Source: a virus
DNA length: 64,000 nt
Direction: 5' to 3' (one strand)
IMG/VR virus record: IMGVR_UViG_3300027963_000071
Span: 2,909 to 66,908 of that record
Numbering within the stretch: position 1 is the first letter of the stretch; each line of letters begins with the position of its first letter. Shown in pieces: positions 29,302 through 38,466 of this stretch. The notes beneath the pieces are model-generated. The model saw only the letters and a list, made by a program, of their open reading frames with translations. It was not told the origin of the DNA and did no database searches. The position numbers and the translations under genes are program-made.

Positions 29302-29691
29302 TTATGCGTTGTTTTTCTGCAACAGTTCAGCACCGTTGTTCTCGGATATCACCAGGCGAACATCTCGCATTCTGCTGGCGATAGATTTGACTAGATCATC
29401 CTGGTTAGCACCTTGCCCTAGGAACTCTTCAGTGTCTGTGCGGTAGGCAAACAGAACTCCCTGATGGCGCTCAACACGGATCTCAAGCACTGCCTTGGGC
29501 GGCTCTGCAGTGATGTCTGCGGGATTGATGCCATGGCGGATCATCACGTTCTTCAGTTGATCGGGCGTGATGTCCAATTCCTTCATCAGTTCGCTGAAGC
29601 TGATACGCATCCAGATGCTGACCAGCTTGCCTCCCACAAAGACTCCAAGGATGAAGATCAGGAGACCTTCTAAGAATGATTGTATGTCCAT
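29302..29691 (-). CDS. Membrane-anchored hypothetical protein
   Basis: N-terminal TM helix; TAAATA upstream. Confidence 0.6.
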   Translation of the reverse strand: MDIQSFLEGLLIFILGVFVGGKLVSIWMRISFSELMKELDITPDQLKNVMIRHGINPADITAEPPKAVLEIRVERHQGVLFAYRTDTEEFLGQGANQDDLVKSIASRMRDVRLVISENNGAELLQKNNA

Positions 29692-29710
29692 GTTGTTATT
29701 TAATTAATTC

Positions 29711-29968
29711 TTATTCGTATTCGTAAAATGTTACCGCTGGATCAAGTTGCTTCAACTCACGTGCGGCTGTGGTAAGTTGGCGATAGCGTTGCTTTACGGC
29801 ACTACGGCTCAGCTCACCATCACAGGTAAGGTTCTCTGGGCTTAGTTCGTTGTCGATCATCTCTGCGATACGCTGACGATCCTGTGCTGTGTCTAGGCTC
29901 ATTGCTGGGGAACCAAAGATGGCATTCCAGCGGTTCTTCTGATCTAGATAGGTGTTGAGGTTTTTCAT
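29711..29968 (-). CDS. Hypothetical early protein
   Basis: LSPENLTCDGE; promoter and GGAGCGA RBS. Confidence 0.65.
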   Translation of the reverse strand: MKNLNTYLDQKNRWNAIFGSPAMSLDTAQDRQRIAEMIDNELSPENLTCDGELSRSAVKQRYRQLTTAARELKQLDPAVTFYEYE

Positions 29969-30073
29969 TGTCGCTCCTAACTGTTAATATGTATATATTA
30001 TAGCATCTTTTGGCGAAGTTGTCAACCGCTGGACAGCGGGGCCAGTGTGGCATTTGCGCCACACCTTGTGCGT

Positions 30074-30451
30074 TTACAACTCCATGCTCGCCATGCCGTC
30101 CTCTTGCATGCCCTGCTCTGTAAACATAACCTCTGTACCTAACAGTGTGCTAATCGCATCTGCAAAGCCCGTGTCTGTATACAGTCTCCAGCTGTCCTCA
30201 TACTCTGTGTCGCCGTTAACATTGTAGCACACTGTAATGTGTATGCTACTGTCGCCGTCCAATTCGTCCCACCATTGCTCGTGTATGTGTATGCTTGTAA
30301 CTGTAACTGCCTCTAGCTCGCAGTCCCATATACTGTCACCTGCAAGTTGCACCTCTACGTTGCAGTCGTATGTTGTGCTAATGCTGTCTTCGCTAGTGTC
30401 TGTACCTGCTAGTGTCAGTTTGTCGCTAACATTAAATTGTGTTGCTTGCAT
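30074..30451 (-). CDS. Acidic proline-free early protein
   Basis: 125 aa, D/E-rich, GGAGAG RBS. Confidence 0.65.
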   Translation of the reverse strand: MQATQFNVSDKLTLAGTDTSEDSISTTYDCNVEVQLAGDSIWDCELEAVTVTSIHIHEQWWDELDGDSSIHITVCYNVNGDTEYEDSWRLYTDTGFADAISTLLGTEVMFTEQGMQEDGMASMEL

Positions 30452-30608
30452 ATTGCTCTCCTACTAATTCCCAACCGTTTAACTCCGTAGCACACACGTC
30501 GTCTGCGTTAACTTCTATCTCGTCCGCCGCAACGTCTGCCGCCTCTTGTGTATCTGCATCTACGTGCAAATAAAATGTTTGTGTTTGCTTGTATACAAAT
30601 GTTGCCAT
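30432..30608 (-). CDS. 58-aa acidic protein (MATFVYKQTQTF...), not in the ORF track
   Basis: TAGGAG RBS; no Pro. Confidence 0.6.
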   Translation of the reverse strand: MATFVYKQTQTFYLHVDADTQEAADVAADEIEVNADDVCATELNGWELVGEQYASNTI

Positions 30609-30617
30609 GTTGTGCTC

Positions 30618-30773
30618 CTAATCTACGTAATATTCTACAGTTTGTGTTAGTGTGCTAAGTGCACCTTCTACTTCCGCAAAACAACTTAGCTGTGCAAGTT
30701 GCTCGCCGTCTAGTGTTGCCTCTAACAGCATTTCCTCTACTTCCGCTAGCTTTGCAAGTATTGCGTCTCTCAT
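30618..30773 (-). CDS. 51-aa acidic helical protein (MRDAILAKLAEVEEM...), not in the ORF track
   Basis: AAGGGA RBS; no Pro. Confidence 0.6.
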   Translation of the reverse strand: MRDAILAKLAEVEEMLLEATLDGEQLAQLSCFAEVEGALSTLTQTVEYYVD

Positions 30774-30783
30774 TGTGTGTCCC

Positions 30784-30945
30784 TTATGCTACTGCTTTGT
30801 AAACTGTTACTGTAGTGTCTGCAAAATCTGCATGTGCATTGTAAAACGCTTGTGCTCGTGCAATAGCGTCTTCTGCGCTAGTTGCTTTTACTACGCACAA
30901 ATCTTCTATGTTGTCGTAGCGCAAATAAACTGTGTATTTCTGCAT
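30784..30945 (-). CDS. 53-aa protein (MQKYTVYLRYDN...)
   Basis: AAAGGA RBS, own promoter; no Pro. Confidence 0.6.
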   Translation of the reverse strand: MQKYTVYLRYDNIEDLCVVKATSAEDAIARAQAFYNAHADFADTTVTVYKAVA

Positions 30946-31019
30946 TGTGTTTCCTTTACTGCTTAAAAACGTATTATAGCACACTTGCATCCAAAATGCA
31001 AGTGTTGTGCTAATAACCC

Positions 31020-31286
31020 TTACGCTAAGTCTGCTTTTACACGTACATACTGTCCGCCAAATGTGTATGTTGCAAAGTTGCTTGCAACACCTGTGCGTGT
31101 TACTTCGTTTGCACAAGTAGCACGTAAGTAGTTTGCTAACGTGTCCGCCGCCTGTGCATCTCTAAAACAAAATACTACTGTACGTCTTTTGCTTGCTTTG
31201 TTTTTAGTTGTCCTGTCCGTATAACTTGCGCTTACGCTAGTTACGTTACGTGCTAATGCACGTATTTGCTTTGTGTTAAACAACAT
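31020..31286 (-). CDS. 88-aa basic protein (MLFNTKQIRA...)
   Basis: AAGGAG RBS, own promoter; no Pro. Confidence 0.6.
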   Translation of the reverse strand: MLFNTKQIRALARNVTSVSASYTDRTTKNKASKRRTVVFCFRDAQAADTLANYLRATCANEVTRTGVASNFATYTFGGQYVRVKADLA

Positions 31287-31366
31287 ACTGCTCCTTTTAC
31301 TGCTTAAAAAACAATTATAGCACACAATTGCATTTTGGGCAAATTATGTGCTAATACTGTACTAAA

Positions 31367-31618
31367 TTACTCTACTATTACAATGTTGTTTGTGCGCAAC
31401 ATCTTTTGTGCTGTTATAATTGTGCGTTGCACCTCTGCATCTATGTTATCTGCAAGCAAATCTCCGCTTACATAGTTACATTGCTTTTGTACAGGAAAAC
31501 GCATTTTATAGTTAGTACCTACTAACTCTTTGTGTACGTTAAATGCAATTTGCATTTTGTAGGAATTAAGTTTTTTATTGTAAACTAGTTTTGCGTATGC
31601 TATGCACTGTGTTAACAT
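31367..31618 (-). CDS. Hypothetical early protein
   Basis: AAAGGA RBS; promoter at 31648-31676. Confidence 0.6.
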   Translation of the reverse strand: MLTQCIAYAKLVYNKKLNSYKMQIAFNVHKELVGTNYKMRFPVQKQCNYVSGDLLADNIDAEVQRTIITAQKMLRTNNIVIVE

Positions 31619-31678
31619 TGTGTGTCCTTTTGTGTGTGTAAGCATGTATTATAACGCACTTTGTCCAAAATGTCAACC

Positions 31679-31708
31679 AAAAAAAAAGACCCTACGTAAT
31701 GTAGGGCC
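31679..31708 (-). terminator. Intrinsic terminator, overlapping an ACCC-N11-GGG operator-like site
   Basis: GGCCCTAC-ATTAC-GTAGGGTC followed by a T run. Confidence 0.65.
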
Positions 31709-31738
31709 TTTCAAAGCCTAGATTCGGGAGCGAACCGT

Positions 31739-32044
31739 TTAGGCTGTTACAGCAGCCTTCACTGGAGCTGCTTGTTTAACCACGGGCGCAGCCTCGGGGT
31801 TTTTCTTGGCTACGTAAGCAATTGCGTCTGCAACAGCTTTGCGGCCTTTGGCGTAATCAACGTCAACAAGGTGTTGAGCAATCTCGCCCTTAGTCATTTC
31901 ACGTGGAAGATCAATGAGATCCACGTCCTGGTGACCGTTCTTGGCCAGGATCTTGATGCGCATTGCATCGTTGGCGAAACGGATCTTAGTTTTACCGCTA
32001 AGTGTACTAACGCCTGCTACGCTAAATTTCTTTTCAGTTGCCAT
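31739..32044 (-). CDS. Basic hypothetical protein
   Basis: FSVAGVS...KIRFAND; GAGG RBS. Confidence 0.65.
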   Translation of the reverse strand: MATEKKFSVAGVSTLSGKTKIRFANDAMRIKILAKNGHQDVDLIDLPREMTKGEIAQHLVDVDYAKGRKAVADAIAYVAKKNPEAAPVVKQAAPVKAAVTA

Positions 32045-32132
32045 TTGTGTTACCTCTTTCTGTGTGTGTTTAAGTTAGCTGCACTAGCAGCATGTTATTA
32101 TTGTAGCATCAAACTACCAAATCGTCAACCAT

Positions 32133-32330
32133 TCATTTGTCCAAATTCATTGGTATCACTTGAATGGTTACCGACTCCTTCTCGTCCAGGGCAACGATGA
32201 ACTCGTCGTCATAGACCAGATCCTGCATACTCAAGTCAATCAGTTCCTCGACTCGAGTCAAATTGGGTGTACCCTCTCCCGCACAGGTAACCCTAAACGT
32301 GTATACATATTCTCTAGTCATTGTTAACAT
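32133..32330 (-). CDS. Hypothetical protein
   Basis: GAGG RBS, coupled. Confidence 0.5.
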   Translation of the reverse strand: MLTMTREYVYTFRVTCAGEGTPNLTRVEELIDLSMQDLVYDDEFIVALDEKESVTIQVIPMNLDK

Positions 32331-32625
32331 ACCTCTTGGTAAACCGATCCTTTGCCAACAGCAGTGTGGTCATTGCTACATCACGGGCATAGATCGAACC
32401 ATACTCATCCCAACCCCAAATCGGCACTTCACGACCTAGAGCCACAAACGCAGTTGCTTCTGATTCTCTACAGCCCGGACCGTAGTTAGCCCACATCCAG
32501 TTGCGATACTCTAAGAAGTTCATTTGCCAGTCTGTGGCCGTCTTGAACCCTTCGGGATCCGTTCTGTGGGTCCAATGGCCCCAGCCATTGAACCTACGAT
32601 CCAGCTTCTTTAGAGTCTGCCTCAT
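32314..32625 (-). CDS. Trp-rich hypothetical protein
   Basis: ATGA coupling. Confidence 0.55.
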   Translation of the reverse strand: MRQTLKKLDRRFNGWGHWTHRTDPEGFKTATDWQMNFLEYRNWMWANYGPGCRESEATAFVALGREVPIWGWDEYGSIYARDVAMTTLLLAKDRFTKRYVNND

Positions 32626-33251
32626 TCTGAAACCAAACCCAACTTCTTGTTCTGCTCAACGCCATCTTTGATCCACTCAGTGAGCTCTTCTTCTTGCTCA
32701 GCCTCGTATTCAGCCATGCATTCTGAGATACCAAAAGCCTCGTCAAGTTCTACGGGCAAGTCCTGTTCTACCTGCGATGAATTCATACCCTCTAGGTTGT
32801 AGTATTCATCATTGCCTTCTTCCCAAACACCGCAGTAGGCCATGCCGGGTTCGTAATACATTGCGCCTACAGTAAAGCCCATTGCAGTCAACTTCTCGTA
32901 GGCCGCGATCGGAGGGCTCCATGCTGAGTCGAAGTAGGTGTGTAGCATCTTGCCATCCGGATGCACATCAGTTGTGCTATCAGCACCCACATCCCACTTG
33001 GTGCCCCACTCGTTGACCTGATAGTCATACCAGTTGCCATAACCGTATTTCTCTACATTCTCAGCAGTCTTACGCTCGAGTTCTGCCTGCTCAACAGGAT
33101 CACCAACGGATCCCGCGACTATCTGCAGATCCTTCGGCACTGGAATAAACTCACTCAGGAACTCTCCACGCTCAAGGGCCTCAGCGGCTCGCTTGATCAT
33201 TGCAGGGTCTTCGTGTTGCAGTGTTAAGTTGTTGTTGCACCAATTTGGCAT
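32622..33251 (-). CDS. YubB/DUF1281-like ferredoxin-fold protein
   Basis: MPNWCNNNL, WGTKWD, FDSAWSPP, YYEPG. Confidence 0.7.
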   Translation of the reverse strand: MPNWCNNNLTLQHEDPAMIKRAAEALERGEFLSEFIPVPKDLQIVAGSVGDPVEQAELERKTAENVEKYGYGNWYDYQVNEWGTKWDVGADSTTDVHPDGKMLHTYFDSAWSPPIAAYEKLTAMGFTVGAMYYEPGMAYCGVWEEGNDEYYNLEGMNSSQVEQDLPVELDEAFGISECMAEYEAEQEEELTEWIKDGVEQNKKLGLVSE

Positions 33252-33306
33252 AGTTCGCTCCTATGTGTTGTTAATATGTTTATTATACAGTCATTTGGAC
33301 AAAAAG

Positions 33307-33624
33307 TCAACCATGTTCTGCCAAGTGTTTGCAGGTACCTCGATAAGTGTATCCTGGGCAAGAGCAGGTTTTTGCGTCTGGGTCGACTGTGTAGACTTGA
33401 CCCTTAGAACCAGTGATTGTGATTGCATTTGATTTACTTTCTTTAAATGGATTTGGTTTAACTGCTTCAAACTGTCTGCCTCGCTTGTCGAAGCCTTTGA
33501 TTCCCTTCTTGAAGTAGATGGGACTCCGTGTGCCAGCCTTAATGTAGGCTACCAGTGTTGTCCCATCTAGGAGATAGACATGAGGGTGAAACTGTCCCCC
33601 AGTGGTTTCTCTCAACGCTTCCAT
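33307..33624 (-). CDS. SWIM zinc-finger protein
   Basis: YTV...CSCPGYTYRGTCKH. Confidence 0.75.
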   Translation of the reverse strand: MEALRETTGGQFHPHVYLLDGTTLVAYIKAGTRSPIYFKKGIKGFDKRGRQFEAVKPNPFKESKSNAITITGSKGQVYTVDPDAKTCSCPGYTYRGTCKHLAEHG

Positions 33625-33872
33625 CAGGAGTAATCCTTACGATCGCCGTAGAGTTCGTTGTAGGTGTATCCTGCTTGATACTCTGCTACTTCTTCAGCAG
33701 TCAGCGACTCAACACGGGCACCACTGTTGCCACCCACACCACCATAGTGCGGATCACGTGATCGACCGTAGTATGAATCGGCACTGCCACGATCAAACAG
33801 GCAACCGTGTTGCTTACGGTCCCACTGCCATCCCTTAAGGATCTTTAAAACTCTTTCTTGTTCTTCAATCAT
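33624..33872 (-). CDS. Hypothetical early protein
   Basis: FDRGSADSYYGR. Confidence 0.6.
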   Translation of the reverse strand: MIEEQERVLKILKGWQWDRKQHGCLFDRGSADSYYGRSRDPHYGGVGGNSGARVESLTAEEVAEYQAGYTYNELYGDRKDYS

Positions 33873-33910
33873 CTTCGCTCCTAACTATTCACTATACCTA
33901 TAGTATAACA

Positions 33911-34153
33911 TCAAACATCCAAACTGTCAACCGATTTGTAGTCTTTAACCATGACGTATAAAGGGTCAATACATTCCTTGCTTTCCACCACGTAGTTGTC
34001 ATCGTACCAATCGAGGAACTCTAGATCCGGGCCCTCAGCTTCGCAGTTGCCGGCTTTCTCTATGGCTTCTTCTTCGGTGTCAGCTTCGACCCAATAGGTT
34101 TCACACGTGATGCTTCTTCGGTATAGTTCGAATTTGAATTTCGGCATGAACAT
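33911..34153 (-). CDS. Acidic hypothetical early protein
   Basis: VEADTEEEAIEKA motif. Confidence 0.6.
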   Translation of the reverse strand: MFMPKFKFELYRRSITCETYWVEADTEEEAIEKAGNCEAEGPDLEFLDWYDDNYVVESKECIDPLYVMVKDYKSVDSLDV

Positions 34154-34219
34154 TCCTTATTGTCTATACCCATAGTATAGCACCAAAATGTCAAGTTGTC
34201 AATCGGTTTGGAAAAGACC

Positions 34220-34546
34220 CTACGAACGTCTGGGTTTTAGTAGAGCTGAAGCTTCTTTGCGTAGCCTGCCCGCTTCCTTATACATCGCGTCTGCTGTTTC
34301 CTTCATGACGTCGGAACGTGCTCGTGCCAGTTTGCCACCCCCGAACTCTCGCTCAACGTAGTAGCGGATCAAGCTATGCTGGATCATAGTAGGTAGATCC
34401 ATACCATGATCCTCTGGGCAGATAAAACGGACAGGGCTCATGCCCCATCCGCCGTATTCTAGAAACTCTGCATAATATCTACGGTGATCCTTATTGCTAG
34501 GATCAAATGCCACTAACGGACGTGCTAGATATTCCAGTTTGCTCAT
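34220..34546 (-). CDS. Hypothetical protein
   Basis: FDPSNKDHRRYY; TATAAATA just upstream. Confidence 0.6.
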   Translation of the reverse strand: MSKLEYLARPLVAFDPSNKDHRRYYAEFLEYGGWGMSPVRFICPEDHGMDLPTMIQHSLIRYYVEREFGGGKLARARSDVMKETADAMYKEAGRLRKEASALLKPRRS

Positions 34547-34547
34547 A

Positions 34548-34724
34548 TCAACTATTTATAGTCCCGTGTGGGCTGTATTCATCGCCCTCGTCGACATGTG
34601 TGTCTTGGAGCCAATCGTATACCAAGCTCAATGGAATGCCCAAGTTGCGAGCGATAGATGTAGGATGCTCACCTTCGATATACAGTTGCTCGATATCGTA
34701 TGCTACTTCTTTCAACATGCTCAT
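34548..34724 (-). CDS. Small helix-turn-helix protein, not in the ORF track
   Basis: LYIEGEHPTSIARNLGIPLSLVYDWL HTH pattern; ATGA-coupled to a 42-aa membrane ORF at 34721..34849. Confidence 0.6.
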   Translation of the reverse strand: MSMLKEVAYDIEQLYIEGEHPTSIARNLGIPLSLVYDWLQDTHVDEGDEYSPHGTINS

Positions 34725-35236
34725 CGCGCAATCTCCACAGATTTCTCTTTAACAGTGTCAACACCCTTGTCTAGCATACGTGCGATTCCAGAGAACCCCA
34801 CAGTTGCTAACACAAGCCCAAAGATTGTACCAAAGATAAATGCTCTCATGATTACTCCTCGAAGTTAGGTTGAGGTTGATTACGAAGGGCTCGTTTGTAC
34901 TTCCACATCGCGTACATCGTTTGAGGAATGCCAAGACGCCAAGCCCACATAACGTCCATGACAATCATACCTGCTAAGAATACTAAGATCATTTCCATAA
35001 CCGCTCCTATCTCTGTTAGTGTAAGTGTATTATAGCACCAATCTATCTAGATGTCAAGACCTAGATATACGCATACGTGTAGCAGCGGGGCCTAATAGCA
35101 GAGTGTGGCTTTTTAGCCACACCCCCTGGCACTCCTGTATAGGTGGGCACAGAGTTGGCACCGCGCATGGTTTTCTCTGTATTAAGGCTGTATCCTAGGA
35201 CAGTAAAGTTTTCCGCCAACAGCCACCCGTAGAACA

Positions 35237-36454
35237 TTAAGCCACTTCTTTCTCGTAGATAACAGTTTCGCCGAACGGTGCTTTGGCTTCTGTGTTACCT
35301 TTAACGATAAAGATTGTATCGCAGTAGTCCTCGTCACCCCAACTACCACATGGGTAGCCGTCTGTGAACATAATGAACTTCTTAGGAGTAATGCCGTTCT
35401 CTTTCATAAACTCCCAATTGGCTTCAAAGTCTGTGCCACCACCACCCTGAGGTTCATAGTCCATCAAGTCTTCACTGTTGTCATGTGTGATCTCTTGATG
35501 ATTGTAAATGGCTGTGTCAAAGCACCACAAGTTGATCTTGAAGTCTTCGTATTGATCCATAATGCCTTTGATCTCACCTAAGAAGGTTGAAGCATCCTCT
35601 TCGCCAATACTACCTGACATATCAATACCAATGCCTACGTCAATTGTAGTTGCTTCCTTCATGCCTGGAAGGATTGCGCCACAGTGAGCACTCTTACGAT
35701 TGAAACGCTGGAAGGAGAAGTCATTACGCACAATGCTCTGGATCTCTTGACGAACCAATTGACGCCAATCCATCTTAGGCTCTGTCATGTCTTTGATCAT
35801 ACGCTGGATTCCTGCAGGAACTTTGCCAGCACCAGCCGCCGCGGCACTTTGCACCATAGCCTGTTTGATCTCGTCACGGATAGCCTGTGCTTCTTCTTTA
35901 GTAAGGCTAGGCTTACCGCCGCTACCTTTGCCGTCTTTGCCTTCCTTGTCGCCAGCACCGGCACCTTCTTCTTCGTTAATGTGCTCGTCCAACAAGTCGC
36001 CCAGTTGCTGAAGCAGTTGTGGCATAGAGATCTTTTCTGCTTTCTCATACAATTGATCGTAGATCTCTTCCCAAGCCAAGCCGCGATATTTGTTATCTAA
36101 ACAGATCTTAACTTCAGTGATCTTCTCACCAATGCGTTCGTCTACAAGGATCTGGTTCACAGCGTAGTCTTGTGCTATGTTGCTGAGCTGACGATCGCGT
36201 GATCCAACACGACCAAAGTGATCAAAGATGCAGTGACATATCTCATGCCCAAAGAGGAACTCTAGTTTCTTTGTGCTGAGCTTCTTAACGAACTCTGTAT
36301 TGTAATAGAAGTCACGACCGTTAGTTGCCGCAGTAGGGCACCAGTCGTCTGCTTGGACTAAACGCATACGGGTTGCCATGTTGCCAAAGAACGGTGCTTT
36401 GAGCAATAAGCCGATACGGGCAGTTGTTAGTTTTTCTACGATTGGATCATTCAT
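35237..36454 (-). CDS. DUF2201-type putative metallopeptidase plus VWA-like domain
   Basis: PTAATNG, HEICH (HExxH), DMSGS MIDAS, GGGGTDF, FTDG. Confidence 0.85.
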   Translation of the reverse strand: MNDPIVEKLTTARIGLLLKAPFFGNMATRMRLVQADDWCPTAATNGRDFYYNTEFVKKLSTKKLEFLFGHEICHCIFDHFGRVGSRDRQLSNIAQDYAVNQILVDERIGEKITEVKICLDNKYRGLAWEEIYDQLYEKAEKISMPQLLQQLGDLLDEHINEEEGAGAGDKEGKDGKGSGGKPSLTKEEAQAIRDEIKQAMVQSAAAAGAGKVPAGIQRMIKDMTEPKMDWRQLVRQEIQSIVRNDFSFQRFNRKSAHCGAILPGMKEATTIDVGIGIDMSGSIGEEDASTFLGEIKGIMDQYEDFKINLWCFDTAIYNHQEITHDNSEDLMDYEPQGGGGTDFEANWEFMKENGITPKKFIMFTDGYPCGSWGDEDYCDTIFIVKGNTEAKAPFGETVIYEKEVA

Positions 36455-36567
36455 TGTTCGCTCTCCTTAGTATGTGTATATTATAGCATCGTTCTACACA
36501 TCTGTCAACCAAAAAAGGTGGACGGGCAAGCCCTGAGAAGCCCCCCGCCCGTGCTATGTTAGAGGTC

Positions 36568-37653
36568 TTAATTCTCCATAGCAGTCAAAACATACTTACC
36601 AAAACGCTTGTGGAACTCGCTAAACGACTCCATCTTAGTTGCGTCCAGTGGCAAGTCATAGTTGGTAAGTGCTGTCTTAGCACCCATCACAACCAACTCA
36701 GTTGGGAAATTATCCATCATGTAGCGGAAGAATTTGTCAGCCATAGCATCCCAACCTTTGGCTTTCTTCTCTGCACGGTCCTTCAACTCATAGCACAAAG
36801 AGACTGTCAATGAATACATCGCTGACACTTCTTTGATCTGCAGGTCCTTGACCTTACCGTCGAGGATGTCCTCTGCCTTAGGCAGTTTACCTGCAATCTT
36901 GCGGTGAGCCATAAACTTAACGCTCAAACCATCACCAATCGCACCAGCGATCAAGTTGTGCAGGGTATCCTGATCAGTGTCGTCATCTTTGAGCAAATCG
37001 CTAACGAACACCCAAGAGCGTGGAGTTGCAAATGCCTTTGAAGAACCCTTAGGGTCAAAGTCATACAAGTCCTGCTTGGCGAAGCCTACATAACCCACAA
37101 CCTCTGGATGCACCTTGTTAAGGGTAGCCCAGTCCTGGAAGTCGTCAAAGTCTACTTTGGCTTCCAAGTGGATGAAGCGGTTAGCCAGTGGGCTAGGCAT
37201 ACGGTATGTCACGCCACGGTCACCTTCGCGGTTACCTGCCGCGATGATGTCAACACCCTTAGGCAAACTGTATGTGCCAACTCGACGATTAAGCACCAAC
37301 TGATATGCCGCGGCTTGAACAGCCGGAGGAGCAGAGTTCAATTCATCCAAGAAGATGATTGCAGTAGACTCTGGGTCTGTAGGCAGTTCTGCTGGAGGAG
37401 CCCACACCATCTTGCCCATGTCACTGTTGTAATAAGGAATACCTTTAATGTCTGTAGGTTCCCACAGGGCTAGTCGAACGTCAACGACTTCGCGTCCTGC
37501 GTCATCGCCAATCTGTTTGACGATATCACTCTTGCCAATGCCTGGAGGGCCCCAAAGGAACACAGGACGGCGTGTGGTTAGTGCTTTGCGGATTGCTTTC
37601 TTAGCGGCTTTTGGGCCAACTAGACGAATGCTTTGATCTGTGTTTTTTGCCAT
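36568..37653 (-). CDS. MoxR-like AAA+ ATPase
   Basis: GPPGIGKS, FLDELN, AAGNR, LANRF, TPRSW. Confidence 0.85.
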   Translation of the reverse strand: MAKNTDQSIRLVGPKAAKKAIRKALTTRRPVFLWGPPGIGKSDIVKQIGDDAGREVVDVRLALWEPTDIKGIPYYNSDMGKMVWAPPAELPTDPESTAIIFLDELNSAPPAVQAAAYQLVLNRRVGTYSLPKGVDIIAAGNREGDRGVTYRMPSPLANRFIHLEAKVDFDDFQDWATLNKVHPEVVGYVGFAKQDLYDFDPKGSSKAFATPRSWVFVSDLLKDDDTDQDTLHNLIAGAIGDGLSVKFMAHRKIAGKLPKAEDILDGKVKDLQIKEVSAMYSLTVSLCYELKDRAEKKAKGWDAMADKFFRYMMDNFPTELVVMGAKTALTNYDLPLDATKMESFSEFHKRFGKYVLTAMEN

Positions 37654-37730
37654 TTTAAGACCTCTTTAAGTTTACGGGTTAAACAATTACTTTCTCAGTA
37701 TCATAAGTATAACACCAAATTGCTTTGCTG

Positions 37731-38360
37731 TCAACCGGTAGTTTTCACAAAGTTTAATTGTGTTGTATTATTGCCACGCTGGGCTTTTACTTTGCCCTTG
37801 ATTCCCACACGGCCCTCTAACGCTGTTCCGAACCAGAAGTCCACGAACGAATCCCCTAGCTTGGCAGTGATACGGAACTTGTTGTAGTCCTTACTGTAGA
37901 AGCTCTTGATCACTTCGATCTCTCCCTGGACGCGATCTCCTACAGCAGCACTCAGTTGGGTGGAGCTACGGATCTCGCTGTCTAGCTCCTTACGGCTTTC
38001 TTCTCGCAGCATAGCAGCTGGCAAGCAGCTGATGATGGCAAAGTCCAGCATGTCGCGCCCTGTGAACTCGTCCTTTTGGGCGATACGCAGTGCCTGACGC
38101 TCGAAGTCGTTGATCTTCCCGGACAGTTCCTTCAGCAGCAGGCCGTTGAAGTAATGACGGATCTCTTGTCCCTGGGTGATGTCTGCTGCTGTTGCAGCTG
38201 AGAAGTTGCCCTCGCGTAGCCAACCTTTGACTAGGGTCTTGTTGGCTGTTCGCAGGACTGTTACCATATCTTCTGCGAACTGAGCGTCTTTGAAGTAGCC
38301 ACCGTTGATACGATCTGCGGCTACGGCTAAACCCCATACCTGTTCTGCTGTGAATTGCAT
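37731..38360 (-). CDS. Hypothetical protein with possible C-terminal OB fold
   Basis: VGDRV...IKGKVK...TQLNFVK. Confidence 0.55.
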   Translation of the reverse strand: MQFTAEQVWGLAVAADRINGGYFKDAQFAEDMVTVLRTANKTLVKGWLREGNFSAATAADITQGQEIRHYFNGLLLKELSGKINDFERQALRIAQKDEFTGRDMLDFAIISCLPAAMLREESRKELDSEIRSSTQLSAAVGDRVQGEIEVIKSFYSKDYNKFRITAKLGDSFVDFWFGTALEGRVGIKGKVKAQRGNNTTQLNFVKTTG

Positions 38361-38438
38361 TCTCGCTCCTAATCTCTTAGTATGTGTCTATTATAACACT
38401 ATGTATCCAATTTGTCAACCAGGGAGTGCCGGCCAAGA

Positions 38439-38466
38439 AAAAAGGTGTTGTATTTCTACAACACCC
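38439..38466 (-). terminator. Intrinsic terminator, also a class A operator palindrome
   Basis: GGTGTTGT-AGAAAT-ACAACACC followed by a T run. Confidence 0.65.

Larger units (their letters stand above)
30050..31336 (+). other. Strand-specific GA/GG-free island
   Basis: Read line by line: every G on the + strand is followed by C or T. Confidence 0.9.

Noticed and set aside
30050-31336. GA/GG absence as low complexity or ordinary codon bias
   Set aside because: The sequence is non-repetitive, the rule holds across codon boundaries and intergenic DNA, and it stops abruptly while neighbouring genes use Pro and TCN normally
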